From Candidatus Limnocylindrales bacterium (GTDB lineage: Bacteria; Chloroflexota; Limnocylindria; Limnocylindrales; CSP1-4), in the NCBI GenBank assembly GCA_038245845.1, contig JBBRRZ010000004.1:39142-103141 (forward strand): a stretch of DNA of 64,000 nt. The letters are read 5' to 3'. Under the pieces are notes generated by a model. The model was given only the letters and a program-made list of their open reading frames with translations. It ran no database searches and was not told where the DNA came from. Below are positions 38,951 through 48,442 of this stretch, in pieces (positions within the stretch are counted from its first letter, which is position 1; each line of letters starts with the position of its first letter). The position numbers and the translations under genes were made by a program.

Positions 38951-40318
38951 TTGGTCGGCCGCGTCCTCATCGCCAACCGCGGCGAGATCGCCCTGCGCGT
39001 CCTCCGTGCATGCCGGACGCTGGGCATCGAGGCCGTCGTCGCGTACAGCGAGGCCGACCGCGAATCGCTCGCGCCGATGCTCGCCGACGAGGCGATCTGC
39101 ATCGGCCCCGCGGACGCGCGACGCTCGTACCTCTCGGCGCCCGCGCTCATCTCGGCCGCCATCGTGACCGGCTGCGACTCGATCCACCCGGGCTACGGCT
39201 TCCTGTCCGAGGACGACGCGTTCGCCGACGCCGTCCGCGCCCACGACCTGACGTTCATCGGCCCGCCCGCGAACGTCCTCGAGCGGTTCGCGTCCAAGGA
39301 GGAGACCCGCCGGCTGCTCGCCGCCCACGGCCTGCCGACGATCCCCGGATCGGGGCTTCTCCTGGACGAGGCGCAGGCCCTCGAGGAGGCGGCGCGTGTC
39401 GGCTACCCGGTGCTCGTCAAGCCCTCCGCCGGTGGCGGCGGCAAGGGCATGCGCATGGTCCGTTCCGCACGCGAGCTGGCGGCCATCCTCCCGATCTGCC
39501 GCTCCGAGGCGCGCGCAGCGTTCGGCGACGACAGCCTGTACCTCGAGCGCTGGCTCCAGGACAACCGCCACGTCGAGGTGCAGGTCGCGGTGGACCGCTT
39601 CGGTCATGGCGTGCACATGTGGGAGCGCGACTGCTCCGTCCAGCGGCGGCACCAGAAGATCCTCGAGGAGTCGCCGTCCCCGGCGATGACCGCCGCGGGC
39701 CGCCGCGAGCTGGCCGAGCGTGCCATCAAGGCCGTCGTCGCGGCGGGCTACGAGAACGTCGGCACGCTGGAGTTCCTCGTCGACGGCGAGGGCAACGCCT
39801 ACTTCATCGAGATCAACTGCCGGATCCAGGTTGAGCACCCGGTGACCGAGATGCTGACCGGGATCGACCTCGTGGCAACCCAGATCCGGATCGCATCCGG
39901 CGAACCGCTCGGCTTCACCCAGGCGGATATCGCCCAGCGCGGCCACGCGATCGAGTTCCGCATCAACGCGGAGGACCCTGAGCACGACTTCCGGCCCGGC
40001 ACGGGCACGATCGAGCGGTTCAACGCGCCGGGTGGGCCGGGTGTCCGGTTCGACTCGCACGCGTACGCCGGCTACGAGGTGCCACCGTTCTACGACTCGC
40101 TGCTCGGCAAGCTCGTCGTGTGGGCCCCCACCCGCGAGGCGGCAATCGCCCGAGGCCGCGCGGCCCTCAACGAGATGGTGATCGAGGGCGTCGTCACGAA
40201 CGTCCAGATCCACCGTGCGCTCCTGACCTCGGAGCCATTCCTCGAAGGCAAGTTCACGACCAACCTCCTGGACCGCATCGGCAGCGCCGCGTTCCTCGCC
40301 GGCGCCGAACGGGCATGA
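38951..40318 (+). CDS. accC: Biotin carboxylase
   Basis: VLIANRGEIA, IHPGYGFLSE, GGGGKGM, RDCSVQRRHQK, RIQVEHPVTE, YDSLLGK; TTG start. Confidence 0.96.
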   Translation: MVGRVLIANRGEIALRVLRACRTLGIEAVVAYSEADRESLAPMLADEAICIGPADARRSYLSAPALISAAIVTGCDSIHPGYGFLSEDDAFADAVRAHDLTFIGPPANVLERFASKEETRRLLAAHGLPTIPGSGLLLDEAQALEEAARVGYPVLVKPSAGGGGKGMRMVRSARELAAILPICRSEARAAFGDDSLYLERWLQDNRHVEVQVAVDRFGHGVHMWERDCSVQRRHQKILEESPSPAMTAAGRRELAERAIKAVVAAGYENVGTLEFLVDGEGNAYFIEINCRIQVEHPVTEMLTGIDLVATQIRIASGEPLGFTQADIAQRGHAIEFRINAEDPEHDFRPGTGTIERFNAPGGPGVRFDSHAYAGYEVPPFYDSLLGKLVVWAPTREAAIARGRAALNEMVIEGVVTNVQIHRALLTSEPFLEGKFTTNLLDRIGSAAFLAGAERA

Positions 40319-40451
40319 CGCGCGTCGTCCCGCCGCCTCGCGGGCTCGCGTACCCGATCGCGCGGGCCACGCCGTGCACCCCTGCACACACCGCCACACC
40401 GCGCGCCAGCGCCGTGCGGCACACTCCCCTCGACCCCGCCTGGAGCCGCCC

Positions 40452-40964
40452 ATGACCGACACCATCACCGACGCCGATCCGATGACCGCTGCCGCGGACG
40501 CCGTCCCGTCCCTCGCGGCGCCGTTCTCCGTGTCGGACATCGAGCGCCTGATCCCGCACCGCTGGCCGTTCCTCCTCGTCGACCGGATCGTGGAGTACGA
40601 GCCGGCCGAAAAGCGGATCGTGGGCATCAAGGCCGTCACCGCGACCGAGTGGTTCTTCCAGGGCCACTTCCCGGGCCTGCCGGTCATGCCGGGCGTCATC
40701 CAGATCGAGGCGCTCGCCCAGACGATGGCCTGCTACGTGGCGACGCAGCCGGGCTTCGGGGACCGGATCGGGCTGTTCGCGGGCATCGACGAGGTGCGCT
40801 TCAAGCGCGTCGTCGTGCCGGGCGACACCCTCCGCCTCGAGATCACGATGGAGAAGCTAGGCTCCCGCTTCGGCAAGGGCCGGGGGGTGGCCAGCGTCAA
40901 CGGCGAGATCGCGTGCGAGGGCCTGCTGTCGTTCGTCATCCCGCCCGCCGGGATGCTCAAGTGA
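40452..40964 (+). CDS. fabZ: 3-hydroxyacyl-ACP dehydratase
   Basis: IPHRWPFLLVDRI, FFQGHFPGLPVMPGVIQIEALAQ. Confidence 0.95.
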   Translation: MTDTITDADPMTAAADAVPSLAAPFSVSDIERLIPHRWPFLLVDRIVEYEPAEKRIVGIKAVTATEWFFQGHFPGLPVMPGVIQIEALAQTMACYVATQPGFGDRIGLFAGIDEVRFKRVVVPGDTLRLEITMEKLGSRFGKGRGVASVNGEIACEGLLSFVIPPAGMLK

Positions 40965-41707
40965 CGCGGATCGCCGTCCTCTCGGACATCCACGGCAACC
41001 TCCTCGCGCTCCAGGCCGTCGCGGCCGAGATCCGGCGCGCGAAGCCGGACGCCGTGCTCGTCGCAGGTGACCTCGTGATGAACGGGCCGGACCCGAACGG
41101 CACCGTCGACGCGCTCCGTGTCCTCGAGGGCGAAGGTGCGCTGATCGTGTCGGGCAACACCGACATCGCGGTCGGCGACTTCGACTACGGGTCTGCGTTC
41201 CCGCACTACCAGGACGGGATCCCGGAGACCATCACGGAGGCGGCCGAGTGGGCGCACGACGAGCTGGGCGACGACCAGCTCGAATGGCTGCGCCGCCTGC
41301 CCGCGGAGCGCCGGATCCGGACGGCCGATGACACGCTGGTCCTCGTCGTCCATGGCTCGCCCGGGTCCCAGACCCGCGGCTTCGACCAGGCCCTCGACGC
41401 GAACATCATCTTCGAGCGGGCCGCCGCGACCGACGCCCGGGTCATCTGCGTCGGCCACACGCACCTGCCCGAGGTGCGGGACCTGGGCTTCAAGATCATC
41501 GTCAACGGCGGCTCGGCGGGCTACGTGTTCGACGGCGACCCGACCGCGTCGTGGGCGATGATCGATGTCCACGAGGGCATCGTCACGGCCGAGATCCGGC
41601 GGACGGAGTACGACGTCCTCGCCGTCGCAAACGCGATCTCCGCGCGCGGCCTGCCGGGTGACGTCTATCGCGCCGCCACCGTGCGGACGGGGAAGCTGGT
41701 CAGATGA
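40961..41707 (+). CDS. Calcineurin-like metallophosphoesterase
   Basis: SDIHGN, AGDLV, GNTD, HGSPGS, GHTH, NGGSAG. Confidence 0.92.
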   Translation: MTRIAVLSDIHGNLLALQAVAAEIRRAKPDAVLVAGDLVMNGPDPNGTVDALRVLEGEGALIVSGNTDIAVGDFDYGSAFPHYQDGIPETITEAAEWAHDELGDDQLEWLRRLPAERRIRTADDTLVLVVHGSPGSQTRGFDQALDANIIFERAAATDARVICVGHTHLPEVRDLGFKIIVNGGSAGYVFDGDPTASWAMIDVHEGIVTAEIRRTEYDVLAVANAISARGLPGDVYRAATVRTGKLVR

Positions 41708-42975
41708 CCTGGAGCTGGCCGGAGCGGCCGCGGCGCGTCGTGGTGACCGGGATGGGCACCGTGAACGCGCTCGGCCAGGACGTGGCATCCACGTGGGACG
41801 GCCTCGTCTCCGGGCGCTCCGGCATCGCGACGATCACGCTCTTCGACCCGTCCCGCGTATCGACCAAGATGGCCGCCGAGGTCAAGTCCTTCGACCCGTC
41901 GCACGTCCTTGACCGCAAGGAGATCCGCCGGACCGACCGCTACATCCAGTTCGCGCTCGTGTGCACGCGCCAGGCGCTCACGCAGGCTGGCCTCCCCGGG
42001 CGGCTGGAGGATGACCTCGCCTCGCGGACCGGCGTCATCGTTGGTTCGGGGCTGGGCGGCGTGTCCACGCTGTTCGACAACGTGCTCCTCATGGGCGAGC
42101 GGGGCCCCGACCGCATCTCCCCGTTCTTCGTGCCGATGGGCATCGCGAACGTGGGCGCGGGGCAGGTCGCGATCGCGACCGGGGCGATCGGGCCGAACTT
42201 CGCGACGGTGTCCGCCTGCGCGACCGGCGGCCATGCGCTGGGCGAGGCCTGGGAGACGATCCGCCGTGGCGATGCCGACATGATGATCGCAGGCGGCGTG
42301 GAGGCGGGCATCCACGAGGCGACGATCGGGGGCTTCGCGTCGATGAAGGCCCTCTCGACGCGGAACGACGACCCGGAGGGCGCGTCGCGCCCATTCGATG
42401 CCAACCGCGACGGCTTCGTCGTGGGCGAGGGCGGCGCAATCCTGATCCTCGAGGCGCTCGACGTCGCCGAGGCGCGCGGCGCGACGCCGCTCGCCGAGCT
42501 CGTGGGCTACGGCGCCACGGCCGACGCCTCGCACATCACCCTGCCGGCCCCGGGCGGGATCGGCGCGGTCCGCGCGGCGCGCCGCGCGCTCGAGAAGGCC
42601 GGGCTCCGGCCCGAGGACGTGGACCACGTCAACGCCCACGCGACGTCCACGGCCGAGGGCGACAAGGCGGAGCTCATGGCGATCCGGACGATCTTCGGTG
42701 ACCATGCCCCGAAGGTGTCCGTGACCGCGAACAAGTCGATGATCGGCCACACCCTGGGCGCAGCCGGGGCGATCGAGGCGATCGCCTCGATCCTGGCGAT
42801 CCGCGAGGGCTGCGTCCCGCCCACGATCAACCTGCACACCCCCGATCCGCTGGGCGCCGGCCTGGACCTGACGCCGAACACGGCCACCCGTCGACCCGTC
42901 CGCGTCGCCATCTCGAACTCCTTCGGGTTCGGCGGCCAGAACACGGCGCTCGCATTCCAGCGGTGGGACGGATGA
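41704..42975 (+). CDS. fabF: Beta-ketoacyl-ACP synthase II
   Basis: RRVVVTGMG, SACATG, RDGFVVGEG, NAHATST, KSMIGHTLGAAG, SNSFGFGG. Confidence 0.96.
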   Translation: MTWSWPERPRRVVVTGMGTVNALGQDVASTWDGLVSGRSGIATITLFDPSRVSTKMAAEVKSFDPSHVLDRKEIRRTDRYIQFALVCTRQALTQAGLPGRLEDDLASRTGVIVGSGLGGVSTLFDNVLLMGERGPDRISPFFVPMGIANVGAGQVAIATGAIGPNFATVSACATGGHALGEAWETIRRGDADMMIAGGVEAGIHEATIGGFASMKALSTRNDDPEGASRPFDANRDGFVVGEGGAILILEALDVAEARGATPLAELVGYGATADASHITLPAPGGIGAVRAARRALEKAGLRPEDVDHVNAHATSTAEGDKAELMAIRTIFGDHAPKVSVTANKSMIGHTLGAAGAIEAIASILAIREGCVPPTINLHTPDPLGAGLDLTPNTATRRPVRVAISNSFGFGGQNTALAFQRWDG

Positions 42976-43676
42976 CGGAGCACGACACGCCCCGGGAGGA
43001 GGAACAGATGTCCGACACCGGCCTCGTGGAGGAGCGCAGGCTCGTGGAGCCCGTTGCGGTGGGCCCGGGCGATCCGGCGGTCAACGGTGCCGGGCGCCCG
43101 CACGACCAGGCGCAGGCGGACGCGGTGGCCGTGGACGGCGCCGCGGGCGCCGAGGGTGGTGGCGCGCTGCCTGCCCCGGTGATCAGCGGTCCGGACGCCT
43201 CGCTCCTCGCGCTCGTCGATCGCCTGACAGCGGTCCTGGACCGGGGTGACCTGGGCGAGCTCGAGGTAAGCTCCGGGGGCACGACGATCATCCTCCGGTC
43301 ACCGTCCGCGATCGAGCGGCCCGTGGTGATCGCCCCCGCGCCGATCGCGGAGGCGTCCGCCGTCGACGGTGCGCCCGCGCCCGGGCCTGCGCCCGCGGCC
43401 GGGGCCGCAGGGTCGGCGCCCGCGCCCGCCGCGAGCAGGCCCTCGGTCATGGCGCCGCTCACCGGGATCTACTACGGCGCGCCGTCCCCGGGCGCGACGC
43501 CCTACGTCGCCGTCGGCGATCACGTGTCGGTCGGCCAGATCATCGGCCTCATCGAGGCGATGAAGCTGTTCAACGAGATCAAGAGCGACCTCGCCGGTCG
43601 CGTCGTGCGCATCTGCCATGACAGCGGCGCACTGGTGAAGGCGAAGCAGCCGCTCATCGAGGTCGAGCCCGCATGA
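42972..43676 (+). CDS. accB: Biotin carboxyl carrier protein, canonical (alternative start 43008 with strong RBS)
   Basis: LGELEV N-terminal motif, Ala/Pro linker, thumb APSPGATPY, IEAMKLFNEI. Confidence 0.93.
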   Translation: MTEHDTPREEEQMSDTGLVEERRLVEPVAVGPGDPAVNGAGRPHDQAQADAVAVDGAAGAEGGGALPAPVISGPDASLLALVDRLTAVLDRGDLGELEVSSGGTTIILRSPSAIERPVVIAPAPIAEASAVDGAPAPGPAPAAGAAGSAPAPAASRPSVMAPLTGIYYGAPSPGATPYVAVGDHVSVGQIIGLIEAMKLFNEIKSDLAGRVVRICHDSGALVKAKQPLIEVEPA

Positions 43677-44869
43677 CCCTGCCCACGTTGCACTCCGTCC
43701 AGCTCACCGGTTGGGGCCGCTACGCCCCGGCACAGGTCCTGACCAACGCGGACCTCGAACGGATCGTCGACACCTCCGACGAGTGGATCGTGTCGCGGAC
43801 CGGGATCCGGGAGCGGCGCGTCGCGGCGGCCCACGAGACCACGGCATCGATGGGCGCCGTCGCGGCCCTGCGCGCCATCCACACTGCGGGCCTGGAGCCC
43901 GACGACATCGACATCATCATCCTCGCCACCCTGACGCCCGACTACTGGATGCCGTCCACGGCGGCGCTGGTCAAGGAGGCGATCGGCAACACGAAGGCCT
44001 TCGCGTTCGACGTGATGGCAGCCTGCTCGGGCTTCGTGTACGGCTATTCGACCGCGAGCGCGTACATCGCCGCTGGCCTCGCCAGGCACGTGCTCGTCAT
44101 TGGCGCGGAGCTCCTCACGCGCTTCCTCGACTACTCCGACCGGAGCACGTGCATCCTGTTCGGCGACGGAGCGGGCGCGGTGGTCCTGTCCGCGAGCGAC
44201 GAGCCCGGCCCGACCGTCGGTATCGAGCTCACGACCGAGCCCCAGGGCGCCTACATGATCTGGCTGCCCGCCGGCGGGTCCAAGAGCCCGCCCTCGCCCG
44301 CGACGATCGCACGCGGCGAGCACAAGATCCGGATGGAGGGCAAGGAGACCTACCGCTTCGCCACCCGGACCCTCGCCTCCACGGCGCTCGCCGCGGTCGC
44401 CAAGGCCGGCTGGACCCAGGACGAGGTGGACCTCATCGTCCCGCACCAGGCCAACATCCGGATCATCGAGGCCGTGGCCAAGGGCCTCAACCTCCCGATG
44501 GACCGGCTCTACGTGAACCTCGACCGGTACGGCAACACGTCGGCCGCGTCGGTGCCCATCGCGCTCGCGGAAGCGGTCAACGAGGGCCGGGTCGCGGTCG
44601 GGGACAAGATCGTGTTCGTCGCGTTCGGGGCGGGCTTCACGTCCGGCGCAGTGGCCATGGAGTGGACCGCGGACCCGGCCCGCGGCCGCTCGGCCGACGC
44701 CGCGGTCCGGGCCGAGGACGTCACGGTCCGTGCCCCGCTCGACTGGGATTCGGTGGACCCGATCCCGCCGGCACTGGCCGAGGTGCTCGCGCGCCCGCTG
44801 CCCGTGGAGCTCGACCTGTCCGATGTCGTGCCGGGCGAGCCCGGGCGCGTCCACCAGCCCGTCCGCTGA
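43673..44869 (+). CDS. fabH: Beta-ketoacyl-ACP synthase III with C-terminal extension
   Basis: DTSDEWIVSRTGIRERR, AACSGF, LFGDGAGA, PHQAN, YGNTSAAS. Confidence 0.96.
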   Translation: MTLPTLHSVQLTGWGRYAPAQVLTNADLERIVDTSDEWIVSRTGIRERRVAAAHETTASMGAVAALRAIHTAGLEPDDIDIIILATLTPDYWMPSTAALVKEAIGNTKAFAFDVMAACSGFVYGYSTASAYIAAGLARHVLVIGAELLTRFLDYSDRSTCILFGDGAGAVVLSASDEPGPTVGIELTTEPQGAYMIWLPAGGSKSPPSPATIARGEHKIRMEGKETYRFATRTLASTALAAVAKAGWTQDEVDLIVPHQANIRIIEAVAKGLNLPMDRLYVNLDRYGNTSAASVPIALAEAVNEGRVAVGDKIVFVAFGAGFTSGAVAMEWTADPARGRSADAAVRAEDVTVRAPLDWDSVDPIPPALAEVLARPLPVELDLSDVVPGEPGRVHQPVR

Positions 44870-44945
44870 GGGCGGCGACCGACCACCGGCGGGGCGCTAC
44901 CCCGTCACCCAGCCCGTGCCCCGGGCGCCAGGAGGGACGCAGCGC

Positions 44946-45695
44946 ATGATCGACCTGAGCGGCAAGACCGCGCTCGTGACCGGTGGTTCCCGCGGCATCG
45001 GCCGGGCCATCGTCCTGCGGCTCGCCCGCCAGGGTGCGGACGTCGCCTTCAGTTATCGCGGCAACCAGGGCGCGGCCGAGGCGACCGTCGCCGCGATCGA
45101 GGCACTCGGGCGACAGGCGCTGGCGATCCAGGCGGATGCCCGCAGCTTCGAGGCCGCGGACGCGCTCGTGAAGCAGGTGCTCGGGGCGTTCGGGAAGATC
45201 GACATCCTCGTGAACAACGCTGGCGTGACCCGTGACGACCTGATCATGCGCATGTCGCCCGAGATGTGGTCCGAGGTCATCGACACGAACCTGTCGGGAG
45301 CCTTCTATGCGCTCAAGGCCGTCACGCGCCCGATGCTCAAGGCGCGCCGCGGCCGGGTGATCAACATCACCAGCGTGTCCGGCCAGGCCGGCCAGATGGG
45401 CCAGGCGAACTACAGCTCAGCCAAGGCCGGCCTCATCGGGCTGACCAAGGCCGCAGCCCGGGAGCTTGCGTCGCGGGGCATCACGGTCAACGCCGTCGCC
45501 CCGGGCTTCGTCCTCACCGAGCTCACGCAGGACCTCCCCGAGGCGCTCCAGGCGCAGATCACGGAGCGCACGCCGCTCGGTCGGTTCGGAACCCCGGAGG
45601 AGATCGCGGACGCCGTCGCGTTCCTCGCCAGCGATGAGGCCGCGTACATCACGGGCCAGGTCCTGGCCGTGGACGGCGGCCTGGTGATGATGTAG
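44946..45695 (+). CDS. fabG: 3-oxoacyl-ACP reductase
   Basis: TGGSRGIG, NNAGVTRD, GQANYSSAK, VAPGF; AGGAGG RBS. Confidence 0.95.
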   Translation: MIDLSGKTALVTGGSRGIGRAIVLRLARQGADVAFSYRGNQGAAEATVAAIEALGRQALAIQADARSFEAADALVKQVLGAFGKIDILVNNAGVTRDDLIMRMSPEMWSEVIDTNLSGAFYALKAVTRPMLKARRGRVINITSVSGQAGQMGQANYSSAKAGLIGLTKAAARELASRGITVNAVAPGFVLTELTQDLPEALQAQITERTPLGRFGTPEEIADAVAFLASDEAAYITGQVLAVDGGLVMM

Positions 45696-45697
45696 CC

Positions 45698-46276
45698 GTG
45701 CCGTTCATCGTCGAGGCCACCGCCATCCCCGAGGTCCGCATCGTGCGGCCGCGCGTCTTCGCCGACGAGCGGGGCTGGTTCACCGAGCTGTTCCAGGCCG
45801 AGGCGTTCGCGGAGCTCGGGCTGCCGACCGCATTCGTGCAGGTCAACCAGTCGCGGTCGACGCGCGGCGTGGTTCGCGGCCTGCACTTCCAGTGGGACCC
45901 GCCGCAGGGCAAGCTCATGCGCGTGGTCCGCGGCCGGGCGTTCCTCGTCGCGGTCGACGTCCGGCCCGGGTCGCCCACGCTGGGCCGCTCGGTGACCGTG
46001 GAGGCGGACGCAGATGAGCCGCTCCTGCTCTGGGCGCCGGCGACGTTCGCCCGCGGGTTCGCTGCACTCTCGGACGTGGCTGACATCGAGTACTTCTGCA
46101 CCGCGGGATACAACCCCGCGAGCGAGTCCGGGATCCGGTTCGACGACCCGGACATCGGCATCAGCTGGCCGGTCGAGGACCCCCGCCTGTCCCCCAGGGA
46201 TGCGGCGGCAGACAGCCTCGCGGACTGGCTCAGCCGACCGGAATCGGCCGCCTTCCGGTACCGCGCGCCGGGCTGA
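45698..46276 (+). CDS. rfbC: dTDP-4-dehydrorhamnose 3,5-epimerase
   Basis: DERGWFTE, FVQVNQSRS, GVVRGLHFQ, QGKL, VDVRPGSPT, GIRFDDPDIGISWP. Confidence 0.9.
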   Translation: MPFIVEATAIPEVRIVRPRVFADERGWFTELFQAEAFAELGLPTAFVQVNQSRSTRGVVRGLHFQWDPPQGKLMRVVRGRAFLVAVDVRPGSPTLGRSVTVEADADEPLLLWAPATFARGFAALSDVADIEYFCTAGYNPASESGIRFDDPDIGISWPVEDPRLSPRDAAADSLADWLSRPESAAFRYRAPG

Positions 46277-46364
46277 CCTAAGGGGGTCCGGGCGTGCCCG
46301 GTACATTCGATTGGTGCCCGCCGACACCCGGTCGTGCCAGCATCCGCAGGTGCAGCCACTGACA

Positions 46365-48338
46365 ATGCAACTCGGCCGGACCCTACGGCGTGGCGGACCC
46401 GTCACCCAGGCGCGGCTGCACGCGATCGCGTTCCTTGGCGGCGTGCTCATCCTCCTCCTGGGCGTGGCCGGGTGGGCGTTCGCCGGCGGGCCGGCGTCCA
46501 TCGAGGACGTCGTCTTCGTCCTCGATCTCACGGTCGGTGGCACCCTCCTGTGCACGGGGTCACTTGTGGGACGAGCCCGGTCGTCCGAGGCCCGCCGCAA
46601 CGCGCAGCTCGAGGTCCTCCAGCACGCGGCCCGCCGGATGAGCACCAGCCTGACCAGCGAGGACGTCGGCCGGGCGGTGGTCGAGGAGACGCGCCGGGTC
46701 ATCGACTACCACAACGCCCGGGTCTACCTTCTCGAGCCGCCGGACGAGCTCGTACCGGTGGCCTTCGAGGGGCGCGTCGGGGCCTACGAGAAGGTCGACC
46801 TCGACATCCTGCGGACCCGCGTCGGCGAGGGGTTCACGGGCTGGGTTGCCAAGCATGGCCGCGCGATCCGCGTAGATAACGCCAACGGCGACCCACGGGG
46901 CATGACGATCCCGGGCACGGACGAGGTCGACGAGTCGATGCTCGTTGTCCCGATGCAGCACGACGACCGCCTGGTCGGCGTGATCACACTCTCGAAGCTG
47001 GGGCTCGACCAGTTCGACGACGACGACCTCCGCCTGTTCACGATCCTTGCCGACCAGGCCGCGACGGCCTTCTCCGGGGCGCACCACCTCGTCGAGGCGC
47101 GGCGCCTCGCCGCCGAGCTGCGTCAGCTCCTGGACATGAACAGCGCGCTTTCGAGGTCGCTCAACCCGGTCGAGGTCGCGAACCTCATGGCCGAGCACCT
47201 GGCCCGTGCCGTCGGCGCCGACCAGGCCCAGATCAGCGACTGGAACCGCGCCGAGGGGAGGCTCCGGACGCTGGGCTGCCATCCGCCCGAGCTGCGAGCG
47301 ACGGTCGACGACTTCTATCCGCTGCAGGGCTTCCCGGCCACCTGCCGCGTCCTCGAGGACGGGGTCATCGCCGTGATCGATGTCGCCGACCCGGACGCGG
47401 ACGCCGCCGAGGTGGAGCTGCTCGTCGCCGACGAGATGCAGGGGCTGGTGATGCTGCCGCTGATCGCGAAGGGCGAGGCCATCGGCCTCGTCGAGCTGCG
47501 CTCGCGCGTTCGACCGACGAGCGACGCCGGCCAGATCACGATCGCCCGCACGATGGCCCACGAGGGTGCGATGGCGCTCGAGAACGCGCGCATGTACGAG
47601 ACGGCGCGCAACCTGGCAGACCGCGACCCGCTCACCGGGTTCTTCAACCACCGGTACCTTCACGAGCGCCTGTCCGAAGAGGTGCTCCGTGCGGTCCGGA
47701 CACGACGCCCGCTGAGCGTCGTGATGCTGGACCTCGACGACTTCAAGGTCGTCAACGACACCTACGGCCACGTGTACGGCGACAAGGTCCTGGTCCACGT
47801 CGCGGGGCGCATCCGGGCGACCCTTCGCGCCTCGGATGTCGCAGCCCGATACGGCGGCGACGAGTTCGCGCTGATCCTGCCCGAGACGGGCCGCGAGGAC
47901 GCGGAGGCCGTCGCCGCGCGGATCCTCGCGGACTTCGAGGCGTCGCCGTTCTCTGCCGACGGCCGGCTGCCGTTCACCATCGGCGCCTCGATCGGCGTCG
48001 CGTCGCACCCCCGCGACGGGCGGTCCGCCACCGACCTCATCGCGGTCGCGGATGGCGGCCTGTACGCCGCGAAGGACGGTGGCGGCAACCGCGTCGCCGC
48101 CGCACACGCCGAGCCGAGGGACGTGAGCGGCGAGTGGCGGGGCTCGATCGGCGAACCGCTCGCCGCGCCCGCGGTGCCCGCACCCACGGCCGTGGGCGGC
48201 GGCACGCCGGCCACGCCATTCAACGCCGAAGGCTTGACCGACACCACCGGGGCAGGACGTCCGGTGGTCCGGCGGCGCGAGGCTCGTGAGCACGGCGTGT
48301 CGATCGTGGCCGCTCCGGTGCGGTCGGGAGAGGCCTGA
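46365..48338 (+). CDS. Membrane-anchored GAF-GAF-GGDEF diguanylate cyclase (start uncertain)
   Basis: Two TM, two GAF domains, DPLTG, DLDDFKVVND, RASD I-site, RYGGDEF. Confidence 0.92.
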   Translation: MQLGRTLRRGGPVTQARLHAIAFLGGVLILLLGVAGWAFAGGPASIEDVVFVLDLTVGGTLLCTGSLVGRARSSEARRNAQLEVLQHAARRMSTSLTSEDVGRAVVEETRRVIDYHNARVYLLEPPDELVPVAFEGRVGAYEKVDLDILRTRVGEGFTGWVAKHGRAIRVDNANGDPRGMTIPGTDEVDESMLVVPMQHDDRLVGVITLSKLGLDQFDDDDLRLFTILADQAATAFSGAHHLVEARRLAAELRQLLDMNSALSRSLNPVEVANLMAEHLARAVGADQAQISDWNRAEGRLRTLGCHPPELRATVDDFYPLQGFPATCRVLEDGVIAVIDVADPDADAAEVELLVADEMQGLVMLPLIAKGEAIGLVELRSRVRPTSDAGQITIARTMAHEGAMALENARMYETARNLADRDPLTGFFNHRYLHERLSEEVLRAVRTRRPLSVVMLDLDDFKVVNDTYGHVYGDKVLVHVAGRIRATLRASDVAARYGGDEFALILPETGREDAEAVAARILADFEASPFSADGRLPFTIGASIGVASHPRDGRSATDLIAVADGGLYAAKDGGGNRVAAAHAEPRDVSGEWRGSIGEPLAAPAVPAPTAVGGGTPATPFNAEGLTDTTGAGRPVVRRREAREHGVSIVAAPVRSGEA

Positions 48339-48442
48339 CCCCGTACGGAAGTACCAGGACCCTCGGCGCCATCCGTACGGGTCCCCGCCCTTGCCGGGGC
48401 GCCTGCGTGGTCCCATCCTTGCGTTCCAGGGTGAGGAACCGA

